From Acidimicrobiales bacterium (GTDB lineage: Bacteria > Actinomycetota > Acidimicrobiia > Acidimicrobiales > VFJN01), in contig JAUXRW010000048.1 of NCBI GenBank assembly GCA_030681555.1, forward strand, positions 1-62,257: a stretch of 62,257 bases of DNA. The letters run 5' to 3'. Below, piece after piece: positions 13,886-21,709 of this stretch. The notes under the pieces were generated by a model. That model did not search any database, was not told where the DNA came from, and saw only the letters and a list, made by a program, of their open reading frames with translations. Every line of letters begins with the position of its first letter. Position 1 is the stretch's first letter. The translations under genes were made by a program, and so were the position numbers.

Positions 13886-14780
13886 GGGACTCGGCGCCCT
13901 CATCCCGACCGACATCACCGGCGAGGCGGGGTCGGCCCTGCGCGAGGTGCCGGTCGGCTCGATCTCGCCCAATCCCCACCAGCCACGGGGCTACTTCGAC
14001 GAGGAGGCCCTGGCGAGCCTCACCGCGTCCATCGCCGAGCTCGGTGTCCTCCAGCCGATCCTGGTGCGGGAGCTGGCCGACGACCGCTTCGAGCTTATTG
14101 CGGGGGAGCGGCGGTGGCGGGCGGCGAAGCGAGCGGGCCTGCCGTCCATCCCGGTCGTCGTCCGCGAGGTCGACGAGGTGCTCTCGCTCGAGCAGGCGCT
14201 CGTCGAGAACCTGCATCGCGAAGACCTCAACCCGCTCGAGGAGGCTGCCGCCTACCAGCAGCTGATGGAGGACTTCGAGCTCACGCAGGAGCAGGTCGCG
14301 CAGAAGGTGGGCAAGTCGAGGTCCTCCGTCGCCAACACGCTCCGGCTCTTCCAGCTGCCGCCATCGATCCAGCGGCTCGTGGCCGAGAACCAGCTCGCCG
14401 CCGGTCACGCCAAGGCCCTGCTTGGCACCCCGGACCGTGCCTTTCAAGAGGTCCTGGCCAAGCGCATCGTGGCCGACGGGCTTTCGGTGCGGGAGACCGA
14501 GGAGGCAGTTCGGGCGCACGGAGCCCCGCTCGAGGACGACGCTCCGATCGCTGAAGCGGGCTCCGCGCCGCCGGCGACCCTCGATCCCGAGCCCCGCCGG
14601 CTGCGCCCACCCGGTCTGTTGGAGCTCGAGGAGCTGCTGGCCGACCACCTGTCCACCCGTGTGGGGGTGTCGATGACGTCTGGCAACGGACGTGGCAAGA
14701 TCGTGATCGAGTTCTCGGGGCTCGAGGACCTCGAGCGGATCTACCGGGCTGTGACCGAGCCGGGAAACGGCGCCGCCTGA
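13860..14780 (+). CDS. parB: ParB/Spo0J partition protein
   Basis: ARRSGLGRGLGALIP, GERRWRA and ENLHREDLNPLEEA; RBS AAGGAGG before GTG 13860. Confidence 0.96.
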   Translation: MARRSGLGRGLGALIPTDITGEAGSALREVPVGSISPNPHQPRGYFDEEALASLTASIAELGVLQPILVRELADDRFELIAGERRWRAAKRAGLPSIPVVVREVDEVLSLEQALVENLHREDLNPLEEAAAYQQLMEDFELTQEQVAQKVGKSRSSVANTLRLFQLPPSIQRLVAENQLAAGHAKALLGTPDRAFQEVLAKRIVADGLSVRETEEAVRAHGAPLEDDAPIAEAGSAPPATLDPEPRRLRPPGLLELEELLADHLSTRVGVSMTSGNGRGKIVIEFSGLEDLERIYRAVTEPGNGAA

Positions 14781-14865
14781 AGGCGCCGGCGGGACGACCC
14801 TGCCGACGCGGTGCCCGACGATGGATCCTTGATCGAGGGTTAGGGGCGTCAACACGAGGTTGACG

Positions 14866-14898
14866 TTGTCCACAACCTGTGGGTAACGTTGTGGAGAA
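14866..14898. promoter_or_regulatory. Cluster of three DnaA boxes downstream of parB
   Basis: TTGTCCACA 14866-14874, TGTGGGTAA 14878-14886, TGTGGAGAA 14890-14898. Confidence 0.75.
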
Positions 14899-14970
14899 CC
14901 GCTGCAGGGGGTGCGGCCGCCCCAATGACCGGTGATGGTCGAGTGCAGGTCCACACGACCCTCGACCTCG

Positions 14971-15291
14971 CTACGAGATGAACTCGCTGAGCTCCTCGAG
15001 CAGCTGGCCCTTGCCCTTGGCACCGACCATCCGCTTCGCGGGCTGCCCGTCCTGGAACAGGATGAGTGTGGGGATGCTCATGACGTCGAACCGACGGGCG
15101 ATGTCGGGGTTGTCGTCGACGTTGAGCTTGGCGATCTTGAGCTTTCCGGCCTGCTCTTCGCTGATCTGGTCGAGGATGGGAGCGATCATCTTGCACGGGC
15201 CGCACCACTCCGCCCAGAAGTCGACCAGCACGGGCTCGGAGGAGCCGGCGATCTCTTCGTCGAACGTTGCGTCGGTCAGGGTCGTGGCCAT
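14971..15291 (-). CDS. trxA: Thioredoxin
   Basis: WAEWCGPC active site; start at MATTLTD behind a purine-rich RBS. Confidence 0.97.
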   Translation of the reverse strand: MATTLTDATFDEEIAGSSEPVLVDFWAEWCGPCKMIAPILDQISEEQAGKLKIAKLNVDDNPDIARRFDVMSIPTLILFQDGQPAKRMVGAKGKGQLLEELSEFIS

Positions 15292-15347
15292 GGTTCCTTC
15301 TTCCTCAGTGGCCGGGAGATCAGCCATCGGTTCGCTACGGCTGCTCC

Positions 15348-15373
15348 AACGCCCCCCAGGGGAGCGGCATTCC
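15348..15373 (-). promoter_or_regulatory. SigR/SigH-type ECF promoter for trxA
   Basis: GGAAT-N18-GTT on the minus strand, the actinobacterial thiol-stress sigma consensus. Confidence 0.8.
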
Positions 15374-15425
15374 CCTCGCTGCTCGGAGGGCGAACGCGTG
15401 TTCGTAGGCAGGCCAGGAAAGCGGG

Positions 15426-16400
15426 TCAGTGCTGGGCTTCGAGCCACCGCTCGGCGTCGATCGCCGCCTGGCAGCCCGATCCGGCGGCGGTGATGGCCTG
15501 CCGGTAGACGTGGTCCTGCACGTCGCCGCAGGCGAACACGCCCTCGACGTTCGTGGTGGCGGCGCCGCCCCAGCGGCCCGTGACGAGATAGCCGTTGTCC
15601 TCGAGATCCAGCTGCCCCTTCACGAGGTCGGTGTTCGGCTTGTGGCCGATGGCGACGAAGAGGCCGGTGACCTGCAGGGTCGAGGCCTCACCGGTGAGGA
15701 CGTCCTCGATCTCGATGTGCTCGAGCTTGGTGTCACCCACGATCTCGCGGATCACGGAGTTCCACCGGATCTCGATCTTCGGGTTGGCGAAGGCCCGTTC
15801 CTGCATGATCTTGCTGGCCCGCAGCTGGTCGCGGCGCACGATGAGCGTGACCTTCGAGGCGAACTTCGTGAGGAAGGTCGCCTCTTCGATGGCGGAGTCG
15901 CCGCCCCCGACGACCGCGATCTCGTGATCCCGGAAGAAGAACCCGTCGCAGGTGGCGCACGTCGAGACGCCGTGGCCGATCAGCCGGCCTTCGTCCGGGA
16001 GCCCGAGCATCAACGACTGGGCGCCTGTGGAGATGATGAGCGCCCGAGCCCGGTAGGTCGGCTCGTCCGCCTCCGGGTTGCCGACCCAGACGCCGAAGGG
16101 GGAGGCGGCGAGGTCCACCCGGATGACCTTCTCGGTGCGGATGTCAGCGCCGAAGCGCAGCGCCTGCTCGCGGAAGCGCAGCATGAGCTCGGGGCCCATG
16201 ATCCCCTCGGGGAAGCCCGGGAAGTTCTCGACCTCGGTGGTGAGCATCAGCTGGCCGCCCGGCTGGTCGGACGTGGAGGAAGGCTCGCCCTCGATCACGA
16301 GGGGAGCGAGGTTGGCCCGGGCTGCGTAGACGGCGGCGGTGAGGCCGGCGGGCCCGGAGCCGACGATGATGAGCTCTCGGACGTCAGCGGACTCGGTCAT
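15426..16400 (-). CDS. trxB: Thioredoxin-disulfide reductase
   Basis: GSGPAG, CATC, GGGDSA and YRQAITAAGSGC. Confidence 0.97.
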   Translation of the reverse strand: MTESADVRELIIVGSGPAGLTAAVYAARANLAPLVIEGEPSSTSDQPGGQLMLTTEVENFPGFPEGIMGPELMLRFREQALRFGADIRTEKVIRVDLAASPFGVWVGNPEADEPTYRARALIISTGAQSLMLGLPDEGRLIGHGVSTCATCDGFFFRDHEIAVVGGGDSAIEEATFLTKFASKVTLIVRRDQLRASKIMQERAFANPKIEIRWNSVIREIVGDTKLEHIEIEDVLTGEASTLQVTGLFVAIGHKPNTDLVKGQLDLEDNGYLVTGRWGGAATTNVEGVFACGDVQDHVYRQAITAAGSGCQAAIDAERWLEAQH

Positions 16401-16439
16401 CAGCGGCACTGCCTCTCGGGGTGGGTGGTCGCTCGGGAG

Positions 16440-16465
16440 AACGAGCGGCGTGGGCGGCGTATTCC
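16440..16465 (-). promoter_or_regulatory. SigR/SigH-type ECF promoter for trxB
   Basis: GGAAT-N18-GTT on the minus strand, 40 bp upstream of the trxB start. Confidence 0.8.
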
Positions 16466-16511
16466 GCACCGGTGTGCCGGCAGCCCCGGACCGGTGCGCC
16501 TCGCACCGGCG

Positions 16512-16883
16512 CTAGGCGTCGGGCGCGGAGCGGCGGGACCAGAGGAACATCCCCAACCCGGAGAACGCGGCCCCGACGAGCAGGTGGGCCGCCCAGGTGT
16601 GCTGCTCGCCCACCACCGAGTCCGGCAGGTAGACGTCCAGGATGCGGACCGCGCCGACCGCGAGCAGCACCGCTACGGCCGTCCCGACGAGCAGGGCGAA
16701 CGTCCCGTAGACGATGCTCCGGGCGACGGTGATCGCCGGCCCGGTCGTCTTGTCCCGGACGGTGCCGACGACGCGCTCGATGGTGTCGGCCGCCTGGGCC
16801 GGCCAATCTGATGTGTCGACCTTTGGCGTGGTGCTCCGAACGCCCGCGCGGAGCTCGGTGGACGGCTGGGGACCGGTGGCCAT
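16512..16883 (-). CDS. Hypothetical 2-TM membrane protein
   Basis: Two hydrophobic segments; TAAGGT-N6-ATG leaderless-type start. Confidence 0.7.
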   Translation of the reverse strand: MATGPQPSTELRAGVRSTTPKVDTSDWPAQAADTIERVVGTVRDKTTGPAITVARSIVYGTFALLVGTAVAVLLAVGAVRILDVYLPDSVVGEQHTWAAHLLVGAAFSGLGMFLWSRRSAPDA

Positions 16884-16932
16884 GGCCCAACCTTAGATCC
16901 CGCGTCCGGGGAGGGCCGGCAGCACCGGTACG

Positions 16933-17283
16933 GTGCCCCCCGTGTGGCTGCGACCGATCCTCGGGCTCCTCCTCGGCCTCCTCGTCGCAGCGTTCGGCGC
17001 GCTGATCCTCGGCGAGTACGAGTTCTCGGGGCTTCTGCCCTGGTTCGCCGGCCTCCTCTTCGGCCTCGCCGTCGGTGAGGTGGTCGTCTCGGTGGGCCGG
17101 TCGCGGGCGCTGGCCGTGGCCAGCGTGGCGTCTCTCACGGCCTTCGCCGGCATCGCCTGGGCAGGGTGGATCGACTCCAACGAAGGGGTCGAGCCCGTCA
17201 AGTCGTTGGTGTGGGTGGCGGCCGCGCTCGGCGCCATGGCGGCCTTCCTGCGGGTGGCCGACCTACGTCACCCCACGGAGTAG
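16933..17283 (+). CDS. Hypothetical 4-TM membrane protein
   Basis: Four hydrophobic segments; plausible codon usage; fills the gap. Confidence 0.65.
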   Translation: MPPVWLRPILGLLLGLLVAAFGALILGEYEFSGLLPWFAGLLFGLAVGEVVVSVGRSRALAVASVASLTAFAGIAWAGWIDSNEGVEPVKSLVWVAAALGAMAAFLRVADLRHPTE

Positions 17284-17306
17284 CGGGGCCGCTGCTCCCG
17301 GATCCT

Positions 17307-18206
17307 CTAGGACGCCAGGACCCGGTTCGCCACCTCGCGGCACCCTTCGCCGGGGTCGGCCAGCGTGAGCGTCCGCGCGGTCCCGCCCGGCGTCGGAGCG
17401 TCCACGACCCGGACCACCAGAGCGCGCCCGTCCAGCCTTGCCGTGCCGATCAGGACCACCACGTCGGGCGCTGCGGTCTCCCCCAGGCGCCCGCTCAGGC
17501 AGCGTCGTACAGCACGGTCGTCGTCCTCGTCATCCTCGCCCTCGGCCGTCGCGGCCGCGCGCTCCGGTAGGGGCACCGACAGCAGCTGGCCCTCGAGGCT
17601 CTGGGCCAGTGCGTCCAGGTCGGGGAAGGAGCCGAGGTGGACGGCGGCGGGAGCGGCGCCGGCGGCGGCCTCCCCGCTTGTCGGGCCGTCCTCCAGCATG
17701 GGCGCGGCCATCTCGGTCTCCGCAGCCCCGCCAGAGCCGCTCGCGTCGCGGTCGGGGGCCGCCCCCGCCGCCCGGTCCTCGGCGGCGTCGTCAGCGTCGG
17801 AGAGGGCGGTGGGCCTTTCCGGCTCGTCGTCGCCGAGCTGGGACAGGGTCGGCACCAGGAGGGCGGCCACAGCGACGGCGGCCGCGACACCGAGGACGCG
17901 GCGTCGGCGGGAGCGGTCGGGTCTCGCCTCTCGGCCCGCCAGGGAGGAGACGACTCCCGTCTGCACCTCACCGGCGTCGAAGGCGGCCAGCGCCGCGCCG
18001 ATCGCCTCCTCGCGCCGTGCGACGTCGATGGGCCCCGGCTCGCGGATGGCGTCACGGGCCGACCGCAGCCTCCGCACGCGCGCCTGCAGCTCGGGGGAGG
18101 CGGCGATCTGTTCGGCCTCGGCCGCGGTGGTGACCCCGTCGACGTGGGCAGAAGCCAGCGCGTCGAGGGGGTCGAGGTCGTCGGGCGGGTCGAGGTGGTG
18201 GGTCAT
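17307..18206 (-). CDS. Putative membrane anti-sigma factor
   Basis: N-terminal LASAHVDG (anti-sigma-like), one TM, extracellular domain with two Cys; ATGA overlap with the sigma gene. Confidence 0.7.
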   Translation of the reverse strand: MTHHLDPPDDLDPLDALASAHVDGVTTAAEAEQIAASPELQARVRRLRSARDAIREPGPIDVARREEAIGAALAAFDAGEVQTGVVSSLAGREARPDRSRRRRVLGVAAAVAVAALLVPTLSQLGDDEPERPTALSDADDAAEDRAAGAAPDRDASGSGGAAETEMAAPMLEDGPTSGEAAAGAAPAAVHLGSFPDLDALAQSLEGQLLSVPLPERAAATAEGEDDEDDDRAVRRCLSGRLGETAAPDVVVLIGTARLDGRALVVRVVDAPTPGGTARTLTLADPGEGCREVANRVLAS

Positions 18207-18856
18207 GGGGTGGTTCGTGGGTCGGGCGGTGTGGTGGTCCGCCGTGGGGCCGGGCGCCGAGCGGCGCGTGCTGCAGTAGGACGGTCGTCGGCCGCGTCGT
18301 GGTTCCCCGGGTCCAGTAGGTGCCCCAGCTGGGCTCGGCCGCGTGCGATGCGGGAGCGCACGGTGCCCGGCGGGATCCCGAGCACGTCGGCGATGTCGGC
18401 GTAGTCGAGGTCGCACAGGTCGCGCAGGACCACCGCCACCCGGAACTCCTCGGGCAGGCGGGCGAGCGCGGCGTCGACGGCCATGCGGTCGGCCACCGCG
18501 TCCGCCCAGTCGTCGCCGGTGGCCTCGTCCGGTCGACCCCCGGACGCGTCCTCCTGGTCGGGGAGGCCGGGCCTGGGCCGCCGCCCTCGACGGCGGAGCT
18601 CGTCGAGGCACGCGTTCGTGGCCACGCGGTACGCCCAGGTGGAGAAGGCGGCCCGGCCGTCGAAGCGCGGCAGGCCCCGCACGATGGCGAGCAGCGCCTC
18701 CTGCGTGGCGTCAAGGGCGTCGGCTTCGTTGCTGGCGAGCCGGCGGCACACCGTCAGGACGCGGTCGTGGTGGCGGCGGAGGAGCGCGTCGAGGGCGCGG
18801 CGGTCTCCCGACTGAGCCGCCTGGACCAGCGTGCGGTCGTCGACCTCGTCAGCGAT
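18203..18856 (-). CDS. ECF RNA polymerase sigma factor (SigM-like position), probable ATC start
   Basis: Region 2 DATQEALL..FSTWAYRVATNACLD and region 4 YADIADVLGIPPGTVRSRIARGR. The conserved N-terminal D..LVQAAQSGDRRA lies upstream of the first GTG (18751). Confidence 0.88.
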   Translation of the reverse strand: MADEVDDRTLVQAAQSGDRRALDALLRRHHDRVLTVCRRLASNEADALDATQEALLAIVRGLPRFDGRAAFSTWAYRVATNACLDELRRRGRRPRPGLPDQEDASGGRPDEATGDDWADAVADRMAVDAALARLPEEFRVAVVLRDLCDLDYADIADVLGIPPGTVRSRIARGRAQLGHLLDPGNHDAADDRPTAARAARRPAPRRTTTPPDPRTTP

Positions 18857-18907
18857 GGGAGGAGGGTATCGCCGGACCCAGCCCCGGCTGGTCGGCGCGG
18901 TCTACAG

Positions 18908-20497
18908 CTAGCGGCCCACGACCTTGGCTTCGAGGATCTCGGCGGCGGCCCGGCCGCGAGCGTCGCCCCGATCGAGGATCCACACCAGCACCGCTCCGCC
19001 CCGCTTGCCCTGAAGGTCGTGGGTCGAGGTGCCGGCGGCCACGCCCTCGCCGCGAGCGACCGGCTCGCCCCAGCCGGCGAAGTCGCTCGGCGCCGCCTCC
19101 GCCACGTACACCTCGAACGTCCAGTCGTTGGTGGCGCTCAGGAGCTCGAGCTCGTCGAGCTCGTCGGCGGAGCTGAGCTCGACGATGAGGCCGACGCCCG
19201 GCTTCAGCTTGGTGATGTCGCGGTCGTTGTAGCCCTCGGTGTGCCACCCGGTTGCCGGGTCGCCGTCGATGGCCAGTCCGGCTTCGTCGTCGTTCTCGCC
19301 GTCCCCGCTCGGGTCCAGGGGGACCGCCGCAGTGATCGTCAGGGGCTCGCCCTCGCTCGTCGCGCCGCCGAACGCGTCGCGCACGTCGTCGAAGATGTCG
19401 CCCGCTCCCGACCGGCCGATCAGCAACCCGGCGACACCGAGCGCGACGGCGATGAGCACGACGATGACGGTGGGGATCCACCAGCCCCGCTCGGTCTGGC
19501 GGAAGGTCGGCGTGGGCGCCGCAGGCGCGGGTGCGAGCACCGGGCCCGCAGGGGGCGCCGCGGCGGCGGGGTGCCCCCCGGTCGTGCGGAGCGACGTCGC
19601 AGTGAGGTCCGGATCGGGCGCGCTGGTGGCCCCCCCGGCGAGCAGCGCCGCCCGGAGGTCTGCAGCGCTGTTGAACCGGCCAGCGGGCTCGCGAGCCATG
19701 GCGCGGCACACGACCTCCTCCAGCGGCTTCGGTACGCCGGGGCGCACCTGGCGCGGGCGGAGCGGGTCACGGTGGAGGCGGGCGAGTGCGGTGGCGGCGT
19801 CGGTGTCGGCGACGAACGGCGGGCGCCCGCACAACATCTCGTAGAGCACCACGCCGAGGCTGTAGATGTCGGTGCGCGGGTCGACCGGCTCGCCCCGCAC
19901 CTGCTCGGGCGCGAGGTACTTGGCCGTGCCCACCATGAGGCCGGGCTGCGTGAGATCGGCGTCGGCGACCGCCTTCGCGATGCCGAAGTCGGCCACCTTG
20001 ACCCTCCCGTCGTCGGACAGCAGGACATTGGCCGGCTTCACGTCGCGGTGGACGAGGCCGGCCCGGTGGGCCGCATCGAGCGCCTCTGCGACCTGCGCGG
20101 CCAGGCCCGCGGCTTGCCAGGGATCGATCGGCGCTTCCTCGTCCAGCCGGTCCCTGAGGGTCCGCCCGACCACGAGCTCCATCACGATGGCCTCGACCCC
20201 GCCCTCGGAGCAGGTGTCGTAGATCGAGACGATCGACGGGTGGGCCAGCCGGGCCGCGGCCACCGCCTCCTGCCGGAACCTCGTGACGAAGGTGGCGTCC
20301 GCGGCCAGGTGCGGGTGGAGGATCTTCAGCGCCACGTGCCGGCGCAGGACCTCGTCCACGCCCCGCCAGACCTGTGCCATCCCGCCCGACGCCAGGAGCT
20401 CCTCGACCCGGTACCGCCCGGCGAGCATCCGCCCCGCCTCGACCCTGCCGTCGGCGGGCGCCGGTGCACTGCCGCGGGGAGGGGTCGGCGTTGTCAC
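18908..20497 (-). CDS. Membrane Ser/Thr protein kinase with extracellular C-terminal domain
   Basis: VALK, HRDVKPAN, DFG and APE are intact; one TM; jelly-roll-like C-terminus (AIDGDPATGW). Confidence 0.92.
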   Translation of the reverse strand: MTTPTPPRGSAPAPADGRVEAGRMLAGRYRVEELLASGGMAQVWRGVDEVLRRHVALKILHPHLAADATFVTRFRQEAVAAARLAHPSIVSIYDTCSEGGVEAIVMELVVGRTLRDRLDEEAPIDPWQAAGLAAQVAEALDAAHRAGLVHRDVKPANVLLSDDGRVKVADFGIAKAVADADLTQPGLMVGTAKYLAPEQVRGEPVDPRTDIYSLGVVLYEMLCGRPPFVADTDAATALARLHRDPLRPRQVRPGVPKPLEEVVCRAMAREPAGRFNSAADLRAALLAGGATSAPDPDLTATSLRTTGGHPAAAAPPAGPVLAPAPAAPTPTFRQTERGWWIPTVIVVLIAVALGVAGLLIGRSGAGDIFDDVRDAFGGATSEGEPLTITAAVPLDPSGDGENDDEAGLAIDGDPATGWHTEGYNDRDITKLKPGVGLIVELSSADELDELELLSATNDWTFEVYVAEAAPSDFAGWGEPVARGEGVAAGTSTHDLQGKRGGAVLVWILDRGDARGRAAAEILEAKVVGR

Positions 20498-20549
20498 GGC
20501 CCCCAAAATCTAGTCGCCTTCGAGAGCTGCGCTCCCTCGCCGAGCTCAG

Positions 20550-20786
20550 CGGTGCGCCCTTCCGGGCACCCTCATCTCTGCTCGGGTCCGGCAGTGGAGC
20601 CGGCCCGCTCCCGAAGTTAGGGGCGTTCCCCCCCTCACACTCCCCCGAACCCCGGGCAGCGCCCGCGCAAGCGAGCCGTGGGGGGCGGGGGTGTGGGGGC
20701 AGAGGCTTTGCCGGAGCCCCCGCATCGCGCAGGGGCGGCTCCGCCGACCCCGCCGCAGAGGTGAGCGCGCCCGTAAGGGCGCACCG
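20550..20786. repeat. REPIN/MITE-like long imperfect palindrome
   Basis: 32-bp terminal inverted repeats (20550-20581 and 20755-20786, 4 mismatches), each an internal hairpin; inner C-rich and G-rich tracts also pair. Confidence 0.7.
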
Positions 20787-20787
20787 T

Positions 20788-21657
20788 TCAGCCCGGGGAG
20801 GAAGCTCCGCTTCCGACCCCGGAGGGGTCGAGCCACGTGACGCCCATGACGCGGGGGCCGCCGTGGGTGCCGATCACGGGGCCGATGTGGACGACCCGGA
20901 TCTGCTCTCGCGGGTGCTCGTCCGCCAGGAGGGCGAGCATGTCCTCGACGTCGGGGGCGAAGCCGTGGGTGACGCAGAGGTGCTCGACCGCGCCGCGCTC
21001 GCGGACCTTGCTCCGGAGCACCTCGAGGGCCCTGCGGCGCGTCCGGGCCTTACCGGCCTCCTCGACCTCGCCGGAGGAGATGTCGACGATCGGCTTGATG
21101 GAAAGCAGGGATCCGAGCAGGGCCTGGGCACCGCCGATGCGGCCGCCCTTCTTCAGGTTGTCGAGCGTGTCGAGCGCACCCAGCACGTGAGTGCGACCGA
21201 CCAGCCCTTCGACGAGCGCTTGGACCTCGTCGGCCGAGGCCCCACCGGCCGCTGCCTCAGCGGCGAGGAGGACCTGCGTCCCGAGCCCGGACGTGATGGA
21301 CCGCGAGTCGATCACCCGGACGTCGAGGTCGCCGGCAACGGCCGTGGCGGCGTTGCGGGCCGACTGCATGGTGGCGGACAGGCCGGAGGAGAGGTTGATG
21401 CAGACGACGGCGTCGGCGCCGGCCTCAGCCTGCCGGCGAAAGGCGGCCTCGAAGCGTCCCGGCGCGGGCGCAGCCGTCTCGGGCAGGACGGACGACGAGG
21501 CCAGCTTGTCGTAGAACTCCTTCGCCGTGAGGTCCGTCCGATCCTCGAGCTCCTCGCTGCCGAACCGGATCGTGAGCGGGACGACCTCGATGCCATGCGC
21601 CGCCACCTCGTCATCGGTGAGGTCGCAGCTGCTGTCGGTGACGATGCGGACGGGCAT
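20788..21657 (-). CDS. DegV family fatty-acid-binding protein
   Basis: IVTDSSCDL, SSGLSAT, KGGRIG and IGTHGGP. Confidence 0.93.
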   Translation of the reverse strand: MPVRIVTDSSCDLTDDEVAAHGIEVVPLTIRFGSEELEDRTDLTAKEFYDKLASSSVLPETAAPAPGRFEAAFRRQAEAGADAVVCINLSSGLSATMQSARNAATAVAGDLDVRVIDSRSITSGLGTQVLLAAEAAAGGASADEVQALVEGLVGRTHVLGALDTLDNLKKGGRIGGAQALLGSLLSIKPIVDISSGEVEEAGKARTRRRALEVLRSKVRERGAVEHLCVTHGFAPDVEDMLALLADEHPREQIRVVHIGPVIGTHGGPRVMGVTWLDPSGVGSGASSPG

Positions 21658-21709
21658 GGCGCGCACGGTACCAGTGCGCCCCTCGGCCCCCGCGGGGGAT
21701 GGATCGCCC

